Shown here piece by piece: positions 30,754 through 41,197 of a stretch of 64,000 nucleotides of DNA. This DNA is from an uncultured Methanomicrobiales archaeon (lineage in GTDB: Archaea > Halobacteriota > Methanomicrobia > Methanomicrobiales > Methanospirillaceae), in the NCBI GenBank assembly GCA_963697895.1, contig OY969100.1:1024001-1088000 (forward strand), given 5' to 3'. The position numbers and the translations under genes were made by a program. A model generated the notes under the pieces. That model did not search any database, had not been told where the DNA came from, and was given only the letters and a program-made list of their open reading frames with translations. Position 1 is the first letter of the stretch. Every line of letters begins with the position of its first letter.

Positions 30754-31615
30754 ATGACAGGCGAGGCCGATGAACATATCATAGAAGCAATAGGGAGATG
30801 TCGCATCGTTATCCGGAACGGGAAGGTCGTCGAGGTCGGCGAGGCACAGATCCGGGACTGTCCCCTGGCAAAGCGGTTTGCCTACCCGATCCGTGACCTC
30901 AACCGGGAGTCGGTGAAGGCGAACATCGAACACCGGATCTCCGCGTTCGGCATGTGCACCCCCGGGCGGGAGGTGCTCGGCTCGGAGGAATTCGTCGGGT
31001 TCGGCGCATCCGAGATCCTCGAGCTTCGGGCTCTCCGCCGGCCTGATCGACGCCGTGGTCCTCGCCTGTGACGGGGCGGGTACCGTGATCGTGAACAATC
31101 CCTCCCTGGTCCAGGGTATCGGAGGGAGGATGTCCGGGCTGGTGAAAACAACTCCGTACCCGGACGTGATCCGCCGGATCGAAGAGAACGGGGGATTCGT
31201 GACCGACAAGGTCCATGCACGCCTCGACCAGGCGGCCGGTGTGGAACGGGCATATGCGATGGGATTTCAGAACGTGGCGGTGACGGTAGCGATTTCTGCG
31301 GAGGCACAGCAGATCCGGGACCGGCATCCCGGTGCGGTCATCTTCGCGGTGCATGTCACGGGACTTTCCCTGGAAGAGGCAGGGACGCTCGTCTCCGCTT
31401 CGGACCTCGTGACATCGTGTGCCTCGGGACCCATCCGGGAGATCGCCGGAAGGAAGGCACGGGTGCAGGCCGGGGTCGCCATCCCGATCTTTGCCATGAC
31501 GGAGAAGGGAAAAGAGTTGATCATCGAGAAGATCCGCAAAGGAAAGGAGCAGGTCCTGGTCAAGTCCACCCGGTTACCCGTCCCCGGCGACCAGCAGCCG
31601 GAGCCCCTCGTCTGA
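30754..31615 (+). pseudogene. Methanogenesis marker 8 (DUF2099) protein with a +1 frameshift near 31021
   Basis: DEHIIEAIG..CPL..FGMCT..FVGFGASEIL, then (SFGL..IDAV)VLACDGAGTV..QGIGGRMSGL in the next frame. Confidence 0.85.
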
Positions 31616-31882
31616 ACGGGTCCGGGCTGCCGATCTCCTCCGATTTTCATGGCAATCACCCGGGTGCCTGTTTATGAACCTCTCGTGCGTATGATTATCC
31701 GGGGCACTCCGGGCACATTTCTCCTCCCGCTCACTCCTCCTCGCCACCGTTTCCCAAGATACAATGCGATGTTGACCAGGCTGATGAGCATACCGGGATT
31801 CGGTGAATAGAATACAACCCGTGGAGCGTTTCAGGACGGCGAAGTTCCCGATGGGGAAGAGACAGAACCCGTGAGGTCATTA

Positions 31883-31982
31883 TCAGGCTTCCTTCGTACC
31901 GCTTACCCGGACATGACGAAACAAAGCGGTTCATCCTTGCCGGAGAATGTCTTTTTCAGGCCTCCTTCGTACCGCTTACCCG
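31883..31982. repeat. 27-bp direct repeat pair separated by 46 bp
   Basis: tcaggcYtccttcgtaccgcttacccg at 31883 and 31956. Confidence 0.85.
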
Positions 31983-32092
31983 AATGCTGACGGGGAAGTG
32001 TTACCTCTTTATTGAATCAGGATCTCAAACAGATTACAGACGGATATGCAGGGGATCGCCCGGTTTCCTCCTGCTGCTCAGACGCGGTTACT

Positions 32093-32968
32093 ATGACAGA
32101 CGATGCCCCCCGGGACTACCGGAGATCCCTGAAACTCGCGCTCGTGATTACGCTGGTCTTCGTAGTCGTGGAGATCGCCGGGGGGATCCTCTCCGGATCT
32201 CTCGCGCTCCTGAGCGATGCAGGGCACATGTTCTCCGATCTTCTTGCGCTCGTCCTTTCTCTCGGTGCAATGACCCTTGCCCTCCAGCTTCCCACCAAAG
32301 AACGGACATACGGCTACCACCGGGCGGAGATCTTCGCAGCCTTCATCAATTCACTGCTGTTGATCGGGGTAAGCGCCTGGATCCTCTGGGAGGCGTATCT
32401 GCGGATACTCACCCCGGCCCCTGTGCAGGGCGGGCTGATGCTGATCATCGCGGTCGTCGGTCTCGCGGCAAACGTAAGCATCCTGTACCTCCTTCACGGG
32501 AGCCGTAACCTGAACGTGCGGAGCGCCTTTCTGCATGTGCTCGGGGACACCGTCTCATCGGTGGCCGTGATAGCTGCCGCCTTGTGGATCACCATCACCG
32601 GCCGGGTCATTGTTGACCCGGTCCTTTCCGGCATCATAGCGGTCCTGATCGTGATATCGGCAGCCAGGATACTCCGCGAGACCGTGGTGATTCTTCTCCA
32701 GTTCACGCCACAATCCGTAGATTTCGATGCGGTCGTTGCCGACATTACCGCGGTGAAGGGGGTGGACGGCGTGCATCATGTCCATCTCTGGAGCCTGACT
32801 TCCGAGATCAACGTGCTCGATGCACATGTATACACCTGCGAGCAGGATGTGCAGAGGATCGAAGTGATGAAACGGGAGATCAAGGAACGGTTGAATAAGT
32901 ACGGGATACTGCATTCCACGCTCGAGTTCGAATGCGAAGAGTGCACAGAGTGCACGCTGGCGGGATAA
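32093..32968 (+). CDS. Cation diffusion facilitator (CzcD-like) transporter
   Basis: SLALLSDAGHM.SD, TYGY.RAE, NVRSAFLHVLGD, HHVHLW and HSTLEFE motifs. Confidence 0.93.
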   Translation: MTDDAPRDYRRSLKLALVITLVFVVVEIAGGILSGSLALLSDAGHMFSDLLALVLSLGAMTLALQLPTKERTYGYHRAEIFAAFINSLLLIGVSAWILWEAYLRILTPAPVQGGLMLIIAVVGLAANVSILYLLHGSRNLNVRSAFLHVLGDTVSSVAVIAAALWITITGRVIVDPVLSGIIAVLIVISAARILRETVVILLQFTPQSVDFDAVVADITAVKGVDGVHHVHLWSLTSEINVLDAHVYTCEQDVQRIEVMKREIKERLNKYGILHSTLEFECEECTECTLAG

Positions 32969-33298
32969 CTGAGCAAGGGCGCCAGGAACCATCCGTGGAA
33001 ATCCCCGGATTGCCGGTCGGAGAAGGTATGGCAAGCCAAACGAGGCCGCCGGGCGAGAAATGTTTTGTCCGTGCATATCCTGTTCCCGTATCATGGGACA
33101 GTTCAGATTATTGATTGGACCTCCGGGTGTGGGGACTTTGATGTCGCGCCCCCGGGAGAACAAACCATCCGTCCGCATTCTCCCGGCATTCTCCGGCGGA
33201 ACAGGGGTGATCAGGCGAATCACCCTTTGTCGTACTCCGGCAATTTGAGAGAATCCGGGGAAATGTTTTTATTCTCTCAATCTCTAATCCGGTGAACT

Positions 33299-33703
33299 AT
33301 GGCAGAACAGGAAATTCCCACGGTTGCATTCATTCTCTCCCTGGTCGGAGGCCTTCTCATCCTCCTCTCCGGGATTGTCTTCCTCATGATCGGCGCCGCC
33401 TTCATGGGCAGCATGATGGGCGCATTAGTCCCCGGCTTCACGGGTCTGGTCTCCTCTGTAATCGCCGGCCTCGGGGTATGGGGTCTCATCTGCGGCGTGA
33501 TCATCCTGCTCGGGGCATACATGATCTATACCCGGCCGGATACCCACGGGATGTGGGGGATCATCATCCTCGTCTTCTCCCTGTTGAGTTTCATCGAGGG
33601 AGGCGGCTACATCATCGGGGCGATCCTCGGTATCGTCGGCGGGATCCTCGCGATCACGTGGAAACCCGAGAAGGTATCCGCAGAGGCGGAGAAACCCGCG
33701 TGA
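33299..33703 (+). CDS. Small Gly-rich four-TM membrane protein (DUF6114-like)
   Basis: AFILSLVGG..GGGYIIGAILGIVGGILA. Confidence 0.8.
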   Translation: MAEQEIPTVAFILSLVGGLLILLSGIVFLMIGAAFMGSMMGALVPGFTGLVSSVIAGLGVWGLICGVIILLGAYMIYTRPDTHGMWGIIILVFSLLSFIEGGGYIIGAILGIVGGILAITWKPEKVSAEAEKPA

Positions 33704-34000
33704 GTAATTCATCGATAATTTTCTTTTTTTCCGGGATTTTGCAGGAACCCTGGTGTATACAGGGAATCAAAACGGTGGTGCTGTCGCGGTTATTTCTCCG
33801 GGGCAACGGGTAAGGGACAATCGATGATCCTCGTATGAGTCCGGGAGGAACTGATCCCGGGAGACGCTCGGTGTAGCACGGGAACAGGAGACACAACCCA
33901 GCCACCCGCATCGGGAACCGCTTTTACCAGCGTATCTCCGGGGTATCCCGACCCCCATGGACAACCGGCTGGCCATTCCCGGGGTCAGTTCCTCACGGGA

Positions 34001-34102
34001 TCCCGAAGAGGTCCGGCCCCGGCCCGCACTCAACGACGATCTGAGTATGGTTTCCCGAAGAGGTCCGACCCCGGCCCGCACTGAACGATCTGATTATGGG
34101 TT
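34001..34102. repeat. Two-copy tandem duplication (about 50 bp)
   Basis: tcccgaagaggtccgRccccggcccgcact..acgatctga.tatgg occurs twice. Confidence 0.85.
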
Positions 34103-34489
34103 TTATTTCTGGATGATCTGTATGAGATTGCCGCATGTGTCGTCCAGCACCGCCCTCGTTACGGGGCCCATAACCTGCGTCGGCTCCACGGGAAAGACGA
34201 CACCGAGTGCTTTCAGACGCTGGTATTCCGCCTGGACGTTCCCGACCCCGAATATCGTTGCAGGAATACCCTGCATAAAAATCGCATTCTGGTACGTCTT
34301 CGCGGCCGGGTTGTCGTTCGGTTCAAGCACGAGTTCGGTGCCGTCCGGCTGATCCGGGGAGACGACCGTCAGCCACCTGTACTTCCCCGCCGTAATATCC
34401 TGTTTTTTCACAAAGCCCAGCACTTTTGTATAGAACTGAAGGGCTTTGTCCTGATCGGTTACGAAGACGCTGGCGAGTATTATTTTCAT
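34103..34489 (-). CDS. VOC/glyoxalase family protein
   Basis: VFVTDQDKALQFYT..LGF..RWLTV..DDTCGNLIQI. Confidence 0.92.
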   Translation of the reverse strand: MKIILASVFVTDQDKALQFYTKVLGFVKKQDITAGKYRWLTVVSPDQPDGTELVLEPNDNPAAKTYQNAIFMQGIPATIFGVGNVQAEYQRLKALGVVFPVEPTQVMGPVTRAVLDDTCGNLIQIIQK

Positions 34490-34576
34490 GGGATTTCACT
34501 TGGTTAATGAGGTAATAATTTTTTGTACGCACTATTGTCCCCATTGAAGAACTTCCGCTCTCCTTTTTTTCCATCA

Positions 34577-34663
34577 ATCGGGGCGATTCCCGGGATCGTC
34601 GGCGGGATCCTCGCGATCACCGGGAAACCTGCGGGGGTACCGGAGGAGGAACAGAAAAGGTAA
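34577..34663 (+). repeat. Degenerate copy of the 3' end of gene 33299-33703
   Basis: Translates IGAIPGIVGGILAITGKPAGVPEEEQKR* versus IGAILGIVGGILAITWKPEKVSAEAEKPA*. Confidence 0.9.
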
Positions 34664-34706
34664 TCGATTGACAGATTGGGAAACCGAAAAAAAATAACGG
34701 GGGAGA

Positions 34707-35027
34707 TCACCGTGCGAGGGTCGATCCCCAGAGGGTGCGTTCGTACCGCTGTGCCTTCTCGGCTCCCCGGGTGCAGAAGTTCTTGTGCCGGAGCCCGACC
34801 TCCGGTACCACCGGGCAGTTCGGGCAATAGCACCCCTTATCTCTGTCGATGCACATGAAACTCTTCCCGTTCCAGCAGAAGAGGATCTCGTTTGCATTCT
34901 TTGCACAGGTCGTGTGCGTCGGGCAGGTCGGGCATATGCACATCGGCTTCAGGCCGTCGACCAGTTTTGTCTGTTGTTCGGGGGTCATCCCGGGAAAATC
35001 CTTGAGGATGTGTTCGAATTTGTCCAT
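34707..35027 (-). CDS. DUF2769-like Cys-rich protein (copy 1)
   Basis: CICPTCPT..C..LFC..GKS..C....GCYCPNCPV..FC..G. Confidence 0.85.
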   Translation of the reverse strand: MDKFEHILKDFPGMTPEQQTKLVDGLKPMCICPTCPTHTTCAKNANEILFCWNGKSFMCIDRDKGCYCPNCPVVPEVGLRHKNFCTRGAEKAQRYERTLWGSTLAR

Positions 35028-35141
35028 GATGTACCTCAGGCGATGCAATAGCGTGAGCGACTATATAATAATTGCCCCTTGAAACCCCTGAAGTGAAACG
35101 ACCGCCGGGCGGGGAAACGGGGAAAAAAGAACCGGTGGAAT

Positions 35142-35462
35142 TCACCGGACGAGGGTCGATCCCCAGATGGTGTGTTCGTACCGCAGTGCCTTCTCGGCTC
35201 CCCGGGTGCAGAAGTGCTTGTACTTGAGTCCCGCTTCCTTTGTCACGGGGCAGGTGGGGCAATAGCAGTCCTTTTCCTTGTCGATGCACATGAAACTCTT
35301 CCCGTTCCAGCAGAAGAGGAGCTCGTTTGCCTTCTTTGCACACGTCGTATACGTGGGGCAGGTCGGGCATATACACTTCGCTTTTAGGCCGTCGACCGCA
35401 TTCTTCGCCTGGTCGGGGGCCATCTTCGATACGTCCTGGAGGAGTTGTTCAAATTTGTCCAT
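35142..35462 (-). CDS. DUF2769-like Cys-rich protein (copy 2)
   Basis: Same motif and same length (106 aa) as copy 1. Confidence 0.85.
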   Translation of the reverse strand: MDKFEQLLQDVSKMAPDQAKNAVDGLKAKCICPTCPTYTTCAKKANELLFCWNGKSFMCIDKEKDCYCPTCPVTKEAGLKYKHFCTRGAEKALRYEHTIWGSTLVR

Positions 35463-35532
35463 AGTTATACCTCAGGCGTTGCAATAGTGTGAATGAGTAG
35501 ATATAGATTCCCCCCTGGTTGCCCGGGTCCCG

Positions 35533-36306
35533 TTACATAACTCCCGTTAGTTTCAGGACCAGCTGGACGGCAAAGACCCAGAGAATGATGCCGAAGCCTG
35601 CCTTGATGTACCGGGGTGGGATCCTCACCATGTACCTCGCCCCCAGGCTGGCGCCGATGAAGACGGCGATCGCGGTCGGGATGATCAGGGTAAAATCCAG
35701 GCTCCCGAACGTCGCATGACCGAGGACGCCAAAGAGGGAAGAGAAAATCACGATAAAGCTGACCGTTCCCGCCGAATTTTTCATCGGGTACCGGCAGATG
35801 AAGAGGAGGAACGGCACGATGATGATCCCTCCCCCGACCCCGAGCAACCCGGAGAGGATCCCCACCGCGAAGCTGAATACCACGATCCCGGCATACATGG
35901 ACCGAGAGAACTGTACCGGGCAGACCTCTGCACCGGATGACTTCTCCCAGTACGTATAGACCATCCGGGCCCCGGCCCCGACCAGGAAGATGACGAAGAG
36001 CCAGATCAGGACCGTCGGATCGACAAAATCGGTCAGGACTCCGCCGGCGTACGCACCGATACAGATACCGGGGATAAAGTAGACGGCGAGCCGGACATCC
36101 ACGAGGCTGGCCCGGTAATAGATGATCGCGGCCGATAACGCGGTGATAAGGTTCAGGACCAGCGAGGTGGATATCGAGACGAGGACGGCATACCCGAGGA
36201 GGAACAGGATCGGGGTGTACAGGGACCCTCCCCCCTGTCCGAACATGGAAAAGACGATGGAGACCAGGAAGACCGCGATGATCGCGATGATGAGGGTGGG
36301 GTCCAT
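35533..36306 (-). CDS. Sulfite exporter TauE/SafE family protein
   Basis: FG.GGGSLYTP and LLGVGGG..IVP two-repeat pattern. Confidence 0.9.
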   Translation of the reverse strand: MDPTLIIAIIAVFLVSIVFSMFGQGGGSLYTPILFLLGYAVLVSISTSLVLNLITALSAAIIYYRASLVDVRLAVYFIPGICIGAYAGGVLTDFVDPTVLIWLFVIFLVGAGARMVYTYWEKSSGAEVCPVQFSRSMYAGIVVFSFAVGILSGLLGVGGGIIIVPFLLFICRYPMKNSAGTVSFIVIFSSLFGVLGHATFGSLDFTLIIPTAIAVFIGASLGARYMVRIPPRYIKAGFGIILWVFAVQLVLKLTGVM

Positions 36307-36318
36307 GTTCCCTGCCGG

Positions 36319-36951
36319 TTACTGGATCCCCTTGAGCACGTTCACCCACGACTGGGTGTAATCCGAGCAGGGGATGCAGACCGGCTTGCCGTCGGCCATC
36401 CGGACGTACCGCTCGAATACGTACTCCCCGCAGCTGCTGCACTTTGTCTTCGCAAACGACGACTTCGGGCGGCTGAACGCAAAGTCCGGCAGCTTCTCCA
36501 CGGTAAAGAGTCTTTCTTCGGGGGAGTCCATCACCATATCGACGACCTTCTGCGTCACGGTGGGAGGGATCTGAGAGGGTTCTATTCCCTTCTTGCGGTA
36601 CACGAAGAATTCTTCCTTCCCGAGCTCGTCCTGGAACTCCGATTTCAGGTAGACGCGGATCGCTCCCTTTCCCGGGACGAACAGGATGCAGGCGACCTTC
36701 CCGTAGTTGAGCCGCTCCATCATGAGCTTCCCGTAGGTGCACCCGGTCACGGCCATGAACCCGTCCATCATGCAGGTCTGCGGATGGCCGACCCCCATCT
36801 CCGAGAAGGCGAACGCCCCGTGGTCGCCGATATGCCCGGTCTTCAGCTCGCGCAGTGCAATGGCTCCCATCCGGTAGCCGATGGGCATGAACGGGCAGAG
36901 GTGCCCGTGGAATTCCCATACCCAGTCTGGTATTGTGATATCGGGTTTCAT
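36319..36951 (-). CDS. FmdE family protein with C-terminal zinc finger
   Basis: FHGHLCP..G.RMG, C..DG...TGCTYGK and CSSCGE..E...CIPC motifs. Confidence 0.92.
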   Translation of the reverse strand: MKPDITIPDWVWEFHGHLCPFMPIGYRMGAIALRELKTGHIGDHGAFAFSEMGVGHPQTCMMDGFMAVTGCTYGKLMMERLNYGKVACILFVPGKGAIRVYLKSEFQDELGKEEFFVYRKKGIEPSQIPPTVTQKVVDMVMDSPEERLFTVEKLPDFAFSRPKSSFAKTKCSSCGEYVFERYVRMADGKPVCIPCSDYTQSWVNVLKGIQ

Positions 36952-37038
36952 GTGCTTCTCCTTTTAGTGGCAATGGAATGCCTCGCTGATATATCTGTCG
37001 TCATTCTCTGTTCCGGCCGGTTCTTACCCCTGTTTACC

Positions 37039-37237
37039 CGGTGCATGGTTACGCCCGTTCCTCGCTCCCGGAATTCTGCCGGATCACGGTGCATGGTTAC
37101 CCCCGTCCCTCGTTCCCGGAATTCTGCCGGATCACAGTGCATGGTTACCCCCGTCCCTCGTCCCCGGAATTCTGCCGGATCTCGGTGCATGGTTACCCCC
37201 GTCCCTCGTCCCCGGAATTCTGCCGGATCTCGGTGCA
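37039..37237. repeat. Intergenic tandem repeat, 4 x 48 bp plus a partial fifth unit
   Basis: cggtgcatggttacccccgtccctcgtccccggaattctgccggatct units at 37039, 37087, 37135, 37183 and 37231. Confidence 0.95.
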
Positions 37238-37363
37238 GGTTGACGCATTTTCCTTCGTGATCGTTTTCCGGCATACGACCGGACGGAAATTGTTGTCCGG
37301 GTATTGTTCCCCGGAATATCACTCCGCTTCTTCGCGATTCCCGATCCCGGCAGATCAGGCGGC

Positions 37364-38446
37364 TCATGCAGGGCACTCCGGGGTACATGCCTCTTCCCCG
37401 CCGGCTCCTCCGTACCACCGCTTCTTCAGGTACCATGCGACATTGACCAGGCTGATAAGCACCGGCACTTCGATGAGCGGGCCGATGACGGTCGCAAAGG
37501 CAACCTGGGAACCGATCCCGAAGACGGCGATGGCGACTGCAATCGCCAGCTCGAAGTTGTTCGATGCGGCAGTAAATGAGAGCGTCGCGGACCGCCCATA
37601 ATCGATCTTCAGCCTCCAGCAGAGCCAGAAGGCGACAAAGAACATGATCAGGAAGTAGAAGACGAGCGGTATCGCTACCCGCACCACATCGAGCGGGAGG
37701 GCGATGATGTACGCACCCTTGAGCGAGAACATCACGACGATGGTAAAGAGTAAGGCGATGAGGGTGAGCGGCGATATCTTCGGGATGAACGTCTGTTCGT
37801 ACCATTCCTTCGACTTCCACCGGATGAGCGTAAAGCGGGTGATCACTCCCGCAAGGAACGGTATCCCGAGATAGAAAAAGACGCTCACCGCGATATCGGC
37901 GATGGTGACCGGGACTGCTGCACCACCTGCGATGCCGAGCACGACTGGGAGGAAGGTGATGAAGAACCAGGCATAGATCGCATAAAACAACACCTGGAAG
38001 ATCGAATTCATCCCGACGATCGCCGCACAAAACTCGCAGTGCCCACCGGCAAGCTCGTTCCAGACGATGACCATCGCGATACACGGGGCGATCCCGACGA
38101 GGATCAGCCCGTACATGAGATCGGGCTGGTCGCGGAGGAAGACGACGGCAAGGGCAAACATGAGGACGGGTGCGATGATCCAGTTCAGGGTGATTGCGAG
38201 CCCGAAGATCTTCCGGTCCTTTAATACGTTCCCCAGTTCCTCGTACCGCACCTTTGCGAGCGGGGGATACATCATCAAAATAAGCCCGATAGCGATGGGG
38301 ATCGAGGTGGTCCCGATCGAGAGACCCGTGATGAAACCAGTCAGCGCAGGAGCAAAATACCCGAGCCCTACCCCGGCCGCCATGGCAAGGAAGATCCAGA
38401 GGGTGAGGTATCGGTCGAGGACGGATAATCGGGGGGTAACGGTCAT
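37364..38446 (-). CDS. acr3: ACR3-family arsenite efflux transporter
   Basis: [39 protein letters not shown] and GPLIEVP motifs. Confidence 0.95.
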   Translation of the reverse strand: MTVTPRLSVLDRYLTLWIFLAMAAGVGLGYFAPALTGFITGLSIGTTSIPIAIGLILMMYPPLAKVRYEELGNVLKDRKIFGLAITLNWIIAPVLMFALAVVFLRDQPDLMYGLILVGIAPCIAMVIVWNELAGGHCEFCAAIVGMNSIFQVLFYAIYAWFFITFLPVVLGIAGGAAVPVTIADIAVSVFFYLGIPFLAGVITRFTLIRWKSKEWYEQTFIPKISPLTLIALLFTIVVMFSLKGAYIIALPLDVVRVAIPLVFYFLIMFFVAFWLCWRLKIDYGRSATLSFTAASNNFELAIAVAIAVFGIGSQVAFATVIGPLIEVPVLISLVNVAWYLKKRWYGGAGGEEACTPECPA

Positions 38447-38793
38447 GTGGATCCGTTCCGGATTATATCCATCACTGCCGTTGCAACGATCCCGATCTCG
38501 GCAAACCGGACCTCTTCCATACCGTTCTTTGCGATCCCGAGATCGGTGACGATCAGCTCGGTGCCTTCGGCGAAACCCGCTGCACGGAGTTTCTTCGTTG
38601 CACAGCGATCCGTGCACCCGTTGAGGATGATCACCTTCCTCGCGTCCCCGGCGATATCCTTCAGATCTTCCGGGGATTTCTGTGCCGGGACCCACCTGAT
38701 GTGTCCCGGATCTTTCTGAAGGAGAAACTGGGCCGCCTGTGCGGTGAGTCTCCCGGTATTCGAGAGACCGGAACAGGTAACGAGGAGGGTCAT
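38443..38793 (-). CDS. DGC-domain putative zinc-binding protein
   Basis: CSG.SNTGRLT, NGC...CA and TDLGI.K motifs. Confidence 0.85.
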   Translation of the reverse strand: MTLLVTCSGLSNTGRLTAQAAQFLLQKDPGHIRWVPAQKSPEDLKDIAGDARKVIILNGCTDRCATKKLRAAGFAEGTELIVTDLGIAKNGMEEVRFAEIGIVATAVMDIIRNGST

Positions 38794-39004
38794 GGGATCC
38801 TCTCCGGGTCTTCCGAGGGAACGGTCCACCGGGGCGGATGAAGTCCGGTTGTCTCCATTCCTCCGGGGTGATGCGAAATCGCGACGAATCCTTTCCTCAG
38901 TCCTCTCATGCCCTCGTACCTTTCCCGCACCGTTTCAATTTTTATTGAAACTCTTTTGGTTTCAGAATGTACTTATAGTTACCCATTTCATATTATGTTG
39001 AAAC

Positions 39005-39386
39005 ATGCCGTCACGCCAGTCATCCCAGAAATTCTGCGAAATTTGCGGCGTACGGGACGACATCCCCGAAGAGGTCCTCGGGGAGCTTGCACAGATCGGC
39101 GGGCTCGAACGGGTTGTGCAGCCGGTTGCCCCCGAGGGAAAGCCTGGAATCCACGAGCCGGGTTCACCATGCCCTTTCGGATCCGGTGCGGCTGAAGATC
39201 CTCCACCTCCTTGCGGTCCAGCCGCTCTGCGTCTGCGTGATCAAGCAGTGCGTCCGGGTCGCCGATTCGAAACTCTCGTATCATCTGAACGTCCTGAAGG
39301 AATGCGGACTCATCGATGGACGCCCGGAGAAGAACTGGATCATATACCGGCTCACTGACACGGGAAAGGCATACCTGGAGCGGTGA
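39005..39386 (+). pseudogene. ArsR/SmtB regulator with one frameshift near 39120
   Basis: MPSRQ..IGGLERVVQ, then RLP..ALSDPVRLKILHLL..LCVC..SKLSYHL..LK.CGLI..WIIY in another frame. Confidence 0.8.
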
Positions 39387-39459
39387 ATTGAAAACGCCCG
39401 GCCGGTTGCACGGGAATCAGGGTTTGCGGAGGAGACCTCCGGTATTCCCTACCCCGGAA

Positions 39460-39828
39460 TCATGCCCCGTACAGGCGTTTGCTCACCCGTTCCCCGATCG
39501 CACGCTCCCTCTGTTTCAGGAGGGAGAGGTCCATCGTTCCCTCCCGGTACGACGAGAAGAGGAAGTAGACGAAGTCTGCCGTCAGGTCCATCACCTCCTT
39601 TTTGAACCGTACCTCGACGGTGGTGTCCCCGGCGAACCCCTTGATCGAGAACCAGTCGGTCTTCTCGAATTTATAGAACCCTTCGCCGACCTGGGGGAGC
39701 GACCCGACCTGCCCGAAGTTCGTGAGGTAGGAGAAAAATGCCGCCGTTACCGGGGCGTCGAGGAGGAACTCCTTCATGAAGGAGCCGTCCGCACAGACCT
39801 TATGGCGAACCGACCGGAGTATCCGCAT
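39460..39828 (-). CDS. Hypothetical protein
   Basis: MRILRSVRHKVCADGSFMKEF..FSIKGFAGD; overlaps the end of the upstream gene. Confidence 0.65.
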   Translation of the reverse strand: MRILRSVRHKVCADGSFMKEFLLDAPVTAAFFSYLTNFGQVGSLPQVGEGFYKFEKTDWFSIKGFAGDTTVEVRFKKEVMDLTADFVYFLFSSYREGTMDLSLLKQRERAIGERVSKRLYGA

Positions 39829-40969
39829 TTCCTGCAATCTCCCGTACCGCATCCGCCGCGATCCGGCACTCTTCATCGGTGGTGAACCAGGAGAGGCTGA
39901 GCCGCACGCAACCGGTCCCCCCGTCGATCGCCTCGTGAACCAGGGGAGCACAGTGGAGCCCTGTCCGGGCAACGATCCCGTAGGCCCGGGCGAGGATGAA
40001 CCCCACGTCGTCGTTCTCCCTGCCCCGGATGTTGAAGGACACGATGGGAAGCGAGGGACGGTCGTTGTAGATCGTCACGTCCGGTGTCTTCTGCAACTCC
40101 CGGATGAGAAAGGCCGTCTGGCGTTCTCCTTTTGCCGCGATGGTATCCAGGCCGGTGGAGAGGATATAGTTCACGCCGGCCGCGAGGGCCGCAAGGCCGG
40201 GGTAGTTCTGGGTCCCTGCCTCGAACCGCTCCGGCATCACGCGGGGGTGGAGGAGGGAGAAGGAGTCTGTCCCGGTTCCCCCGAACCGGACCGGGGCGAT
40301 CGCCTCCGGGTCCCGGACGAAAAACCCCCCGGTGCCGGGGATACCGAACAGGGCTTTGTGGCCGGTGAAGACGAAGGCATCGACGGGGAGTTCCCGGAGG
40401 TTGACAGGGACATGGCCGGCGGTCTGGGCACCGTCCACGATGAAATAGATCCCGCGGTCCTGCAGGATCTCTCCGATCCGGCGGATCTCCTGCACGGACC
40501 CGAGCACGTTGCTCCCGTGGGTCATGACCATGAGCCGGGTATCTGGTCTGATCGCCGCTTCGACGGCATCAGAGTTCACGAAACAGCCTTCGAACGGGAG
40601 GACGGTCAGCCGGATGCGGTGCTGCCGTTCAAACTCGTGGAGCGGCCGGAGCACCGAGTTGTGTTCGAGTGCGGTCGTGAGGACGTGGCATCCGGTTTCT
40701 TTTTCCGCGAGAAATCCCTGGATGAGGATGTTTAAGGAGTCGGTCGCGTTCTGGGTGAACACCACATGCTCCGCAGGTTCTGCACCAAGGAGACGGGAGA
40801 GGGCCTCGCGGGCAAGGGATACATGATCCTCGCCCTGGCTGCCGGAGGTCCGTCCTGAGCCGAAGAACGGGAGGGAGAGGGATTCATTGACGGCTGCCCG
40901 CACCTCCGGGGGTTTCGGCCAGCTCGTCGCCGCGTTATTCAGGTAGATGAGGGGGGGATTCTGAATCAT
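39800..40969 (-). CDS. Class V aminotransferase / cysteine desulfurase family
   Basis: YLNNAATS.PKP, EHNS..RP, H.SNV.G, DGAQ..G, FTGHK, EAGT and RTGLHCAP motifs. Confidence 0.93.
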   Translation of the reverse strand: MIQNPPLIYLNNAATSWPKPPEVRAAVNESLSLPFFGSGRTSGSQGEDHVSLAREALSRLLGAEPAEHVVFTQNATDSLNILIQGFLAEKETGCHVLTTALEHNSVLRPLHEFERQHRIRLTVLPFEGCFVNSDAVEAAIRPDTRLMVMTHGSNVLGSVQEIRRIGEILQDRGIYFIVDGAQTAGHVPVNLRELPVDAFVFTGHKALFGIPGTGGFFVRDPEAIAPVRFGGTGTDSFSLLHPRVMPERFEAGTQNYPGLAALAAGVNYILSTGLDTIAAKGERQTAFLIRELQKTPDVTIYNDRPSLPIVSFNIRGRENDDVGFILARAYGIVARTGLHCAPLVHEAIDGGTGCVRLSLSWFTTDEECRIAADAVREIAGNADTPVGSP

Positions 40970-41197
40970 GGGACTCGTTTTTCAGGTGATCTGTTGACCA
41001 TGAGCAAAAAGGGATCGGTTCCTGGTAATCGATCCTGATAATGCTCCTGACCTTCGGGGCCATTGAAAAAGGATGGTAAGATCCCCGTGACGATCGATTC
41101 CGGCAGCCATTCCGTCGCGACTCAGGGTCTTCTCCCGATGCCGGTTGGTATCGGATCCCACTGCACGCACTGAATAAGAGGGGATCCTGATGAATAG

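Noticed and set aside
31883-31982. Mini-CRISPR (two repeats, one spacer)
   Set aside because: Only two copies, no typical archaeal repeat termini, and no leader or cas genes.
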